DNA of 48,559 nucleotides from Spongospora subterranea f. sp. subterranea (Eukaryota): NCBI GenBank assembly GCA_049724395.1, contig JAUGWO010000079.1, positions 1 to 48,559 of the forward strand, read 5' to 3'. Shown piece by piece: positions 12,701 to 22,898 of this stretch (position 1 is its first letter; each line of letters starts with the position of its first letter). The notes under the pieces were generated by a model. It saw only the letters and a program-made list of their open reading frames with translations, ran no database searches and was not told where the DNA came from. The position numbers and the translations under genes were made by a program.

Positions 12701-13215
12701 GGCGAATTCTTCAGGTAGTCGGGCGCAATTCGGGCTTGATACTTCGTTGTCGTCATTCCAACGCGTGTGCAATACAAAACACTGTTCCTCAGCAATGCAT
12801 GCGTTCAGAAACGGTTCTACTTCAATCATTGATATGGAGATCTCATCGTCAAGTGATGATGTGCACGATTTCGCGTGGTTGACTGCGTCCAATATTGGGG
12901 TACAAGTCTGTCGAGGCGTCACAGTCATGGCGAGCCAATCGATTATAGGATTGTGATGGACGAGCCATGGCATACCCAAAATGATTTCGTGTTGGGGTGA
13001 GGATATGACGTTGAAGATGATCTGATCATGGAATGCGGACTCTATCGAATGCGTCAGAGGTACCGTTTCCATAGTGATGGATGGCAACGACCGGCCATCC
13101 ACGACGCGAACGGCAATCGGAAAGGATTTCGGTTGGACTGGTACGGAGTGACGTTCAACGAACAACGAATCGATAAAAGAGGATGTGGCAGCACAGTCGA
13201 TTAGCGCCAGCGCCG
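9729..13215 (-). pseudogene. pol: Gypsy B pol (PR-RT-RH-IN-chromodomain), frameshifted
   Basis: [36 protein letters not shown]...CDTC; SDRGPHF; chromodomain ...LDSRYR...YFIDWEGYPPSERSWEP at ~9730-9945. Confidence 0.92.
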
Positions 13216-14136
13216 GTATTGCACGATTGTCGATAATTGGGTATTGTTAACTGAACGGAAATACAACGTCGAGATCCAGAGCGTGCAAAATATGATGATG
13301 AGACGAGGACTGATTCGGATTCTTCAAAAGATGGTTTAGCGACGGCTGCAGTCGGTTTTCGTTCAGGACATGCATCAATCCTGTGACCAGGTTTGCGACA
13401 AAACATACACAAGCCATGTTGGAGACAACGCAGACGCTCCTCTGGCGTCAATTTGGTCCGCTGATTCGAATCGTAAGTGATCGCGCGAACATGATCAGCT
13501 GGTCGACAGATCGGGGCTAAGTGACGAGCCAACCGGATGGCCTGTTCTAGAGACGTTGGCTGAAAGCGATGTACTTCTTTGGCAAGATTGGGTCGTAGCG
13601 ATTTCCGAAATTTTGCAGAGAGCGACAGATCGCTAAGAGGATAACCGCCGCATCCCAAAAATGTGTCATACAGAGTTCGAAATTCCAGTATGTGCGCCTC
13701 GATCTCTGAAGTCTGACGCAGAGAATCGAATCGGTCCTCCGCCGCTTCCGGTGTCTGTTCCGGATAGTACAACAGCAACTGATTACGAACGTCGCGGAAA
13801 GATGCCGTTTTTGGAAGTCTCGTGACACACAGCAACGCATTAGATTCCAGGTGTGCCTGTAACAAATTTCTTATTTTGGGACACATTGGATTACCGACAT
13901 CGGGCGACAGATCGAGTAGTCCTTCAACGTGGTCAAGCCATTGACGTGCGGACGCACCGTCGGCACCAGAAAATACACGAAGACGAGTTTTCAACGATAC
14001 GGGTGCGATTTTGGCTGGAACCGGTTTGATTGACGGTACCGACGACGGAGGTGGCGGCGATGACGAGGCTGACGGCGTAGATGATGGCGGCACGGGTGAC
14101 GGTGACGCAGGCGAGCGATCCGTTCCTCCATGTCAT
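13155..14136 (-). pseudogene. gag: Gypsy B gag
   Basis: ORF 13155-14093 with FSG...W, LRQT, CX2CX4HX4C; start probably an ATG at ~14131-14136, separated by a frameshift. Confidence 0.8.
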
Positions 14137-14335
14137 CTAATCAAATCGAGAGTTTTCAATGGGCATTGTCAGGAGTCGCGAACGGGTGACCTCCTCGTTC
14201 GAGAAGCAATATTGACAGGACAATCGGTTCTCAACGGTGTGGCCCCATCGGCAACCAATCGGTTGCGTCAACGGTGTGGTACATCAGCATTCAACATTTT
14301 CGGCATAATCCAAGGTTCGTCGGTTGGTAATAAAC

Positions 14336-14430
14336 TGTAAAGATGACACCAGTTATCATTAACGCCTTAACCAACTGACGGTGGACCCTGGTCATTGTTT
14401 ATTAAGTGCGTATACTGTGGGACATCGGAA
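14336..14430 (-). repeat. 5' LTR of gypsy B, outer ~17 nt missing
   Basis: Matches 9602-9698 with a few differences. Confidence 0.85.
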
Positions 14431-14431
14431 C

Positions 14432-14920
14432 GTCAAACCTCGCGCGCAATGCTTGAACGAACCCAGGGAAATCTTGCAGTATCGGGTCTTGTCGCTCGAA
14501 AAGCGGCGAGAACCACAGCAGTGCGTTCCCTTTCAGGAGGTCTGCCACCAGCATCACCTTATCGGAATCGGTCGCATACGTTCTGGGTTTGCGACTGATG
14601 ACCATTGAAATCTGGTTTATGAACCCTCGCAGGGCGCATCGGGAACCGTCAAACGGATCCGGAAGGCGAACCTTAGGTTCTGGCTGAGGAGGCTGCTGAT
14701 CAATTTGCTGTTGCTGGTAGTGTTGCGACAGTTCCTGCAACTGCCGTTGAAACTGTTGCTGTTGCTGAGCTAGTGCCGCCTGTAATACCGCCTGGACCTC
14801 CGGCGACAAAGGTTGAGGTTGAACAGACTGACGGAACTGTGGATGTTCCGTCGGTACCTGAAAACCTCGATGGTTGTGCGGGCTAGCTGGAACTGACTCC
14901 GATCGCTCGCGGCTAGACAT
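14432..14920 (-). pseudogene. gag: Gypsy A gag, N-terminal part
   Basis: MSSRERSES...Q-rich...PEPKVRLPDPFDGSRCALRGFINQ...KVMLVADLLKGNALLW, a typical PEG10/Tcn1-like capsid N-terminus. Confidence 0.85.
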
Positions 14921-14934
14921 GTTTGAAGTGGGGC

Positions 14935-17200
14935 GAAGTGGCGGTACGTAAACCGAGAGGAGAGAAGTGACGGTACGTAAACCAAGAGGAGAGAAGTACG
15001 GTAGGTAAACCAAGAGGAGAGAAGTGACGGTAGGTAAACCAAGAGGAGAGAAGTGACGGTACGAAAACCGAGAGGAGAGAAGTGACGGTACGTAAACCAA
15101 GAGGAGAGAAGTGACGGTAGGTAAACCAAGAGGAGAGAAGTGACGGTAGAAAACCAAGAGGAGAGAAGTGACGGTACGTAAACCGAGAGGAGAGAAGTGA
15201 CGGTACGTAAACAAGAGGAGAGAAGTGACGGAGGTAAACCAAGAGGAGAGAAGTGACGGTACGTAAACCAAGAGGAGAGAAGTGACGGTAGGTAAACCAA
15301 GAGGAGAGAAGTGACGGTACGTAAACCAAGAGGAGAGAAGTGACGGTACGTAAACCAAGAGGAGAGAAGTGACGGTACGTAAACCAAGAGGAGAGAAGTG
15401 ACGGTAGTAAACCAAGAGGAGAGAAGTGACGGTACGTAAACCAAGAGGAGAGAAGTGACAGTACGTAAACCAAGAGGAGAGAAGTGACGGTACGTAAACC
15501 GAGAGGAGAGAAGTGACGGTACGTAAACCAGAGAGGAGAGAAGTGACGGTACGTAAACAGAGAGGAGAGAAGTGACGGTACGTAAACCGAGAGGAGAGAA
15601 GTGACAAGAGGAGAGGTACGTAAACCGAGAGGAGAGAAGTGAGACCAAGAGGAGAGAAGTGAGTACGTAAACAAGAGGAGAGAAGTGACGGTACGTAAAC
15701 CACCGAGAGGAGAGAAGTGACGGTACGTAAACCGAGAGGAGAGAAGTGACGGTACGTAAACCAAGAGGAGAGAAGTGACGGTACGTAAACCAAGAGGAGA
15801 GAAGTGACAGTACGGTAAACCAGAGAGGAGAGAAGTGACGGTACGTAAACCGAGAGGAGAGAAGTGACGGTACGTAAACCAAGAGGAGAGAAGTGACGGT
15901 ACGTAAACCGAGAGGAGAGAAGTGACGGTACGTAAACCGAGAGGAGAGAAGTGACGGTACGTAAACCAGAGAGGAGAGAAGTGACGGTACGTAAACCAAG
16001 AGGAGAGAAGTGAGTACGTAAACCAAGAGGAGAGAAGTGACGGTACGTAAACCGAGAGGAGAGAAGTGACGGTACGTAAACGAGAGAGGAGAGAAGTGAC
16101 GGTACGTAAAGACCGAGAGGAGAGAAGTGACGGTACGTAAACCGGAGAGAGAGAGAGAAGTGACGGTACGTAAACCGAGAGGAGAGAAGTGACGGTACGT
16201 AAACCGAGAGGAGAGAAGTGACGGTACGTAAACCGAGAGGAGAGAAGTGACGGTACGTAAACCGAGAGGAGAGAAGTGACGGTACGTAAACCAGAGAGGA
16301 GAGAAGTGACGGTACGAGAGGAGAGAAGTGACGGTACGTAAACCAAGAGGAGAGAAGTGACGGTACGTAAACCAAGAGGAGAGAAGTGACGGTACGTAAA
16401 CCAAGAGGAGAGAAGTGACGGTACGTAAACCAAGAGGAGAGAAGTGACGGTACGTAAACCGAGAGGAGAGAAGTGACGGTACGTAAACCAAGAGGAGAGA
16501 AGTGACGGTACGTAAACCGAGAGGAGAGAAGTGACGGTACGTAAACCGAGAGGAGAGAAGTGACGGTACGTAAACCGAGAGGAGAGAAGTGACGGTACGT
16601 AAACCGAGAGGAGAGAAGTGACGGTACGTCAAACCAAGAGGAGAGAAGTGACGGTACGTAAACCAAGAGGAGAGAAGTGACGGTACGTAAACCGAGAGGA
16701 GAGAAGTGACGGTACGTAAACCAAGAGGAGAGAAGTGACAGTACGTAAGTGACGGTACGTAAAAGAGGAGAGAAGTGACGGTACGTAAACCAGAGAGGAG
16801 AGAAGTGACGGTACGTAAACCGAGAGGAGAGAAGTGACGGTACGTAAACCGAGAGGAGAGAAGTGACGGTACGTAAACCGAGAGGAGAGAAACGGTACGT
16901 AAACCGAGAGGAGAGAAGTGACGGTACGTAAACCGAGAGGAGAGAAGTGACGGTACGTAAACCGAGAGGAGAGAAGTGACGGTACGTAAACCGAGAGGAG
17001 AGAAGTGACGGTACGTAAACCGAGAGGAGAGAAGTGACGGTACGTAAACCAAGAGGAGAGAAGTGACAGTACGTAAACCAAGAGGAGAGAAGTGACGGTA
17101 CGTAAACCAAGAGGAGAGAAGTGACGGTAGGTAAACCAAGAGGAGAGAAGTGACGGTACGTAAACCGAGAGGAGAGAAGTGACGGTACGTTAAACCGAGG
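14935..17200. repeat. Tandem array of a 29-bp unit GAGGAGAGAAGTGACGGTACGTAAACC(G/A)A, about 78 copies
   Basis: Directly visible, head-to-tail with no spacers; CCGA/CCAA variants and occasional indels. Confidence 0.98.
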
Positions 17201-17204
17201 GGGT

Positions 17205-18345
17205 TTCATTGGACGATCAGGCTGTTGAACTTCGCTGTACCGTTCTAATGTTGTTTCAAAATCAATGGAGCTGGGTTCATGAATCTGCATAAGAGAACTT
17301 TGAACGAACAAGACTTCTGCTAATTTAGAAGTTCCCGTTGCGAGATTCATGTATTGTTTAGTGAGACCTGGAAATGACAGTCCCCGATTATCATGACGAT
17401 GTGCATCATGTTTCTGACAAACTCTTCTGATGTGTCGTCGTAAGTCGGGCCGATTTGCTGATGGTTATTAGTAGATTCTGCAGTTGACACGATCTCTTGA
17501 TCACAGATGAAGGTCCGACAGATTTGACAAAGACGTTGAAACAACATCGTGGAGGCTGTTGACGTGTCTCACGCTGAAGTTGAAATAGTTATCTTATTCC
17601 GAAACGTTTTGCGTTCGTTCGATGATGGTCGACGCAATCCGTTTGAGGGCGTCGATCCCTGCATTCAAATCCAGCAACGTCTCCGTGCAATTCTCACTCT
17701 CGATGGCCGAATCGAGTTTAATCAGTACATCATGTGGGGCCCAGACCAGGCCCACTCTCGTGTACGACCCGTAGAATTCGTACGATTTCGCCTGGAGAAA
17801 ACTCTCGTGAAGAAGCCGTCCGGGTTGACAGAGACTGTCAGATTTCATCAGTTTTATCTCCAGACAAACGGTTTTCCTGGATTTTGTTGTATAGACGATA
17901 TCGGCTCGGCCATACTGAGTGGCGATTTTGTTGTTGCAGTACGCCACTCGAGGCGCTACGACTTCCACTTTCACCGACTCTGAAATGACCTGCTTATCGC
18001 ATCGTAGAAATAACGCGATCAGCATTTTGATATGCTCTTGGCGTAGATACAACCCCTTTCGGTCGTTGGTTGCTTCCAAAGCTTTCTGGATAATTTTCAG
18101 TTTGACCAGGAATTGTTTGATCAAAACCGGATGGCGCAAATAGGGTCCGTCCTCGTAATCCCCATGGATTTCATGAAATTCCGAGTGACAGCGCTCGCCG
18201 TTGCACGAGTATTCCCATCGATGGGGATGGGATATTCAAATTCGTAGAACGGCAATGGTCAGTTCGTATTGCAAGTCCAGTCCAACTCGAAGAAATCAGG
18301 GAATGACGAACAGGTTTGTCCGAAACTGGTCTGATACGTGTCGTG
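17205..18345. repeat. ~1.14 kb direct repeat, copy 1 (copy 2 at 22899-24033)
   Basis: Both copies run from tttcattggacgatcaggctg to ctgatacgtgtcgtgt and are colinear, with scattered substitutions and indels. Confidence 0.95.
17594..18139 (-). pseudogene. PD-(D/E)XK (restriction-endonuclease-fold) nuclease-like ORF, copy 1; probably part of a longer disrupted gene
   Basis: YGRADIV-x9-CLEIK-x15-FLQAKSY fits the D...EXK plus QxxxY pattern; coding-like fragments continue upstream to at least 18484. Confidence 0.6.
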
Positions 18346-18978
18346 TTTTAGCTGAGAAATCAGCTGGGCGATGGAATCGGTTTTCATTGTCCAGACCTCC
18401 ATTGCCAACTTGAAGTTGTGATGAGAGGAATTTGCTTTCTAGTGGTTTCCCTCCGAATCTCAATCCCCCCCCACCCAATTGCAATCGACCCGAAAATATC
18501 GAAAGAACAATAGAAGGTGATAGATATCCGATTGGCCAGTACTCAGGTACTCAATGAATGGGAACGGGATGTCTACCAATTTCAATGGGAAAATCGGATC
18601 ACGCTCTGTTCAATTCCTGATTTTCAGATTTCTGTGATCATTCTTCTCGTGAATTGCGTTGAAAAACCTGCAGGACATCGAACATCGAGCTCAGTAAATG
18701 CAATCGCCGCTCGTAAAACGGGTAATTCCGGAGAATTTATTTTCCAAGAAATACTTGGTCTGGTGAAAGCACTATTTTTTGTTTGTTTGAGAATCGAGCC
18801 AGTTCAAGGGCTTAATTCTTCGATATCCGGTCGGCATTCTAAAAGATGAAGAGAGAAGGAAGTGATGTATTTTAATGTACTGTAGAATATTTTCTCTAGT
18901 TAATCGGCAATGAAAGGGAAGCGGGAGGACTCTAGAAAGTACCTGCTGGGACGTGAAGAGACGTTGGATCAGCTCGAC

Positions 18979-19158
18979 TTAAGAGGCATTCCATTGATGC
19001 AGTTCCGATAGTAGTGATTGGGCGATATTGTTTATACCACTGTGATTAATCTCAATGAGTGTCGTATTTTGTTCGGTGTTAAAGTACCACACGGTCTTAA
19101 CGATATCGCCTGTCTGAGGGTGTTTGAGAATTTTGTTATCTAGAAGTACTTTGGGCAT
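18979..19158 (-). CDS. Possible 59-aa small protein (MPKVLLDNKILKHPQTGDIVKTVWYFN...)
   Basis: ATG preceded by an A-rich context (AAAACTAATCAAAAA); protein-like composition; no family recognised. Confidence 0.25.
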   Translation of the reverse strand: MPKVLLDNKILKHPQTGDIVKTVWYFNTEQNTTLIEINHSGINNIAQSLLSELHQWNAS

Positions 19159-19456
19159 TTTTTGATTAGTTTTAAAAAATTGGTAATTCTGGATTGGCAT
19201 CGGTCTATGTTGACAGGTAATGGATGACAGGAACAGGAAGGGAGGACGATGGACACGAAACAAGAAAGAAGAATTAGAACTACTGCCAGACAAAAGGAAT
19301 GTGCAAGACCTCTCAGTGAACGGTCCACTTTGATCGACAATCTTTCGCTTTCTTCCTTCAATCTGACGCGACATTTTGAAAAATAATGGATTGTCACCTG
19401 TTAAGGTGCAGCAGATATTGACCGAAAGGGGAAAACGCATTTGGCACTGTTTTTTA

Positions 19457-20491
19457 TTAACACTGACTCTTGCCAACAATTTTGCGACGAACAAATTCGC
19501 GGAGACGAGATATCCCGGGTTGGGGTTTGACATCACAAAGTCGGTGATATCCCATATCGGCCAAAACACTTTCTGCGGTTGACGAATGGGACTTTGTCAC
19601 GATCTCTAAAAAGCGTTTGGTATAGCACAGAGTTTCAGCGGGAGGCGATGTTATCGGGGGCAGCAGCTCGTCGTTTTGGTGTACGATCATCAGTACGCAA
19701 GAAATGGCAGATCGCTCGCCTGTCCCATCACCTATTTTAACTGCCGTATGGGCGACAGTCCTTGAATCCCAGACATAAACTTCATCGGTCTGCATGTTCC
19801 ATCGTGTGTACCAATCGTTTGGTTCAGATTCGGACTTCAAAAGAAGTTGATTACGATAGCAGCCACGAGGAGTTATGGTGCGAGTCTCATCGCATTGATA
19901 GGCCGGTGTGAATGCCAATGGCCATGCTTTAACAGGTTCAGTTGGTGTCCAGATATTCATCAAATGATCGAGCGTCAACACTTCCGTTGCGTATTGTTCA
20001 ACGTTGCCATTATAGTGTGCCAACGCAGCGGCTTTGACATGGTCATTATTTGCCAAAAACTTCATGATTTCCCGAGACCATTCACCATAGTTTTGCAAAA
20101 GGACGGCAATATCAGCATCGCGAACGAAATCGATGTGCGGCACTTTGACATATCTCTCTTTTGTGCAATGCTTTGAGACGGAAAATGGAATGACTATCCA
20201 ATTGGGATGCTCCTTGGAAATGTCCTCATAAACGGCTCTTTGGATTATCTCGACAAACGGATTTCGCATATCAAGGTATGGCAGCAATCTCACCGGGTCA
20301 ATCTCTCTTTTTATATGCTCCTTCATTCGAACAATTCCAAAATTTTTCGGCGAATTCAAAGGTTTAATCCACTCCATAGGTGCCGCTTTGTTTGTTGGCT
20401 CCTCCATTTGAATCAAACTAATCTTCTCTTCAATATGTACATCCCAATCAGCATCGGACTTAGGAAATCGAGCAGTTCCAGTAAGTTCCAT
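19457..20491 (-). CDS. CmcJ/NvfI/AsaB-family Fe(II)/2-oxoglutarate-dependent oxygenase-like protein
   Basis: PHIDF (HxD), NIWTPTEPVKAWPLAF, WYTRWNMQTDEVYVWDS, VAHTAV (distal His) and GERSAI (Arg) in the order typical of this family; uninterrupted 344-aa ORF. Confidence 0.72.
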   Translation of the reverse strand: MELTGTARFPKSDADWDVHIEEKISLIQMEEPTNKAAPMEWIKPLNSPKNFGIVRMKEHIKREIDPVRLLPYLDMRNPFVEIIQRAVYEDISKEHPNWIVIPFSVSKHCTKERYVKVPHIDFVRDADIAVLLQNYGEWSREIMKFLANNDHVKAAALAHYNGNVEQYATEVLTLDHLMNIWTPTEPVKAWPLAFTPAYQCDETRTITPRGCYRNQLLLKSESEPNDWYTRWNMQTDEVYVWDSRTVAHTAVKIGDGTGERSAISCVLMIVHQNDELLPPITSPPAETLCYTKRFLEIVTKSHSSTAESVLADMGYHRLCDVKPQPGISRLREFVRRKIVGKSQC

Positions 20492-20716
20492 TTTCTTGAT
20501 GGCAATTGGTCACAAGCCATAAGGACTGAAACACAGCGAATAGTACGATATTGGCCATTCCTCCAGTGATTGCCATTGCTCATAATCAATATGACCGTCC
20601 CGCTATAGCACAACTGACCCGCCGGAGTCCGTGACGGGGCTCTACTGGACCATTTCATCCTGACCAGTGGACCCTTGTGAATCCGGACTGACCCACAGTC
20701 ATCCATGGATACAAAT

Positions 20717-20793
20717 CTACTGCAACTCTCGGCCGCTTCTCGACAGCGATACGCGTATCAAATGTACGAGTACCAATAGAATGAACTGTCCCT
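20717..20793 (+). repeat. 77-bp fragment of the MULE transposase gene at 24535-24611
   Basis: Near-identical sequence ctactgcaactctcggccgcttctcga...gaatgaactgtccct. Confidence 0.9.
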
Positions 20794-20796
20794 ACT

Positions 20797-20905
20797 CTAC
20801 TTTCGGTACGGAAATGACATTTACCAGCAAGTAAAAGGCATTGCAATGGGCACCAACGCTGCTGTAGAATGCGACAACATCTTTCTCGACGATATGGATG
20901 AACAT
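20797..20905 (+). pseudogene. Short Penelope-like reverse transcriptase fragment
   Basis: Translates as YFRYGNDIYQQVKGIAMGTNAAVECDNIFLDD, resembling the PLE RT motif F-F----Y-Q--G-AMG---S---ANI. Confidence 0.55.
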
Positions 20906-21200
20906 TTACAAATGTTTTTCTCCATTGTGTTCGTAATGATGGAACGGGCGGGAGGTACCGTTGAGTTCGAAGATGCACTATGTTTTTTCGTGAGCCCGAT
21001 CATGCGCATGATCGAGCTCGCGAAACAAGATAATGCATCTTCGAACTCAACGGCTGTACAGAGCAAGGCTCTTTGCGACCGATTCCTTGTCTGGAAACTG
21101 CAGAAATTGCAGCAGCCGGCATGTTATTTGAACGGAACAATGATCTCGAGCAAACGGGCAGCACAATTCGTTTTAATTTGTTTAAGCATCAGATGACTTA

Positions 21201-21570
21201 TCACACTGCTTCTTCGGGTTTGCCCAAACACTCATTCGGGTACTTGCGGATGATCGCCTGCAGCTCAGGTGATAACTGCTGCTCGTGCCATTCTCCGGAA
21301 ACGTCTAAGGACAACCCGCAACGGATCATAGCCTTCCGTGCGTACGTTAGACCGTTCTTATCCCGCATTGCGTTGACATCGCGAACTGCATCGGCTGCGA
21401 GCTGAAGGAAAATCGTTTGCCGGGGTTGATCAATTTTCCTGACCAGCATCCTCCTTTTCTGGTGACATCAGACCACTTGCCCTCCTTGATCATCTCCAAC
21501 TTGGCTTGTTCCCATCGCGTCGTCCAGGCATCTTTTATTTTGCTAATCACAAATAAAGGCAATCTAAGGT
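21201..21570 (-). pseudogene. Pogo/CENP-B-like (DDE_1) transposase C-terminal fragment
   Basis: FVISKIKDAWTTRWE...WSGKLINPGKRF/FLQLAADAVRDVN...YARKAMIRCGLSL...QLSPELQAII, recalled as the C-terminus of DDE_1 transposases seen in oomycetes and non-seed plants. Confidence 0.6.
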
Positions 21571-22671
21571 TGTGTGTGCGTTTGATGCGACCTAATTCGA
21601 TGATCTACCCGACTTCGCATTGAATCGATCCAACCTACGCTGCTTGCAAGATTGTCGAGCGTTGCTGTGACAGTTTTGCGTCTTACCGGGCATGTCATGA
21701 TCAAAACTCTTTGCCCGAAGTCCAAAGAAGTCCTCAAACATCATCTCGGGGATTGGTGACAATTGCCAAAACTCGACGCCGTTCGAGCGAGCATCGTTGC
21801 CACTTTACGAAGCGTGGCTTTGCAAATATTGGCCAATCCAGCACAATCTGCTGACACTTTAGCGCACATTGGTGCAAACGACGGTGGTGACGACATCAAC
21901 GACCACTGTCGAGCTGGTTGGTACGCATTCAGGTCAGGATCGTATCACCCCTCAGGTTGAAGTTATTGACGGCCAATAATTCTCATCTTGGACGCTACGC
22001 CATCACCGAAAGTTCTCTTTACTTCCTGTCACGTCGCAATCATCCGGCTCCGCTCGACGCAGGCACTGCGGCAATTGACGCCGAGCTACAATCGACTTGC
22101 TGACCCGAAGCATTGTGTGCATCGCAGATTCACAATCGCTGGCCACCAGCTGTGAGCGAACCTTCAACTGCGGAAAACAATTTCGTCGATCCGTCGACGA
22201 TCGATGAAAACGCACCGGCGGGACGACCACTCTCCTGTAGCGATGGTCGTAGTTTCGACGCCGGCCAGTCTAGCGGCGGTTTCCTTGGCATTGTGCGATG
22301 ATTCATGGCCAAACTGACATCGGCGATCGACTGGGAGTCAATCTAACCAGCGGAACATTCCTCTCTTAGCCCTATATCGCCCGACGACCACTATAGATCA
22401 AAGCAACCGTACTGACGTGACCAATGCCAATACAGTCAACGCCTTTACCCCCAATGAACGACGTCTGCACCAGCAGCGTCGCTACATAGGTTAAAAAAAA
22501 AGATCAGCTGGATTAAGTTTGCTGAATGATGGTGTTATTGGGCACTTATCGAAACCACGGTCGGCGAAGCTCTCCATCAGCTGTGTCAGTCAACGCAGCT
22601 GAAGCAGCGGGCGAAAAAATTTAACAAAAAAACCAAATAGCAATGATTTGCTGACATCAAACTGTTTATAT

Positions 22672-22712
22672 GTCCTCTCTCTCTGTCTCTCTCTCCTTTC
22701 TCTCTCTCTTCT
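22672..22712. repeat. Imperfect (TC)n microsatellite
   Basis: Directly visible. Confidence 0.8.
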
Positions 22713-22898
22713 TTTCCCTCACAAACTCTTCTATCCCTCCATCTGTCTTCTTGAGCGACGTTTCGCGTCAGTCTTACTCCTCGTTTGGTGGTTTGTTTAG
22801 TCGTGCTGGCCCAGGTGTTCATACACACTGGTCTCAACACTGTATTTCCCCAATACACATATCAAATTCGATTCACTCAACCATTGACGTTCGGGCAG

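Larger units (their letters stand above)
9602..14430 (-). mobile_element. Ty3/gypsy chromovirus B, near full length, inserted in the gag of element A
   Basis: LTR copies at 9602-9715 and 14336-14430; purine tract next to 9716; gag 13155-~14136 with CMFCRKPGHRIDAC; pol with C-terminal chromodomain. Confidence 0.93.
6300..14920 (-). mobile_element. Ty3/gypsy LTR retrotransposon A (Tcn1/PEG10-like gag), interrupted by element B; no LTRs recognised; integrase C-terminus lost
   Basis: gag from ATG 14920 (PEPKVRLPDPFDGSR...FVQALRARFD) continues at 9601-9212 (ARFDDPNKSTTAARRLE...CMYCGDADHPIDDC); pol 9219-6300. Confidence 0.9.

Noticed and set aside
14935..17200. CRISPR array or telomere repeat
   Set aside because: No unique spacers, no cas genes, eukaryotic context; interstitial, with no TTAGGG-like core.
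14402..17350. 982-, 789- and 506-aa ORFs with repeating LLSS/FTYRHFSPLG peptides
   Set aside because: Artefact of a 29-bp unit that lacks stops on the minus strand, which opens all three frames; only the part from ATG 14920 is gag.
21620..22500. GC-richer stretch ending in a short poly(A), possible retroposed fragment
   Set aside because: No recognisable motif in any frame and no TSD; cannot be supported.
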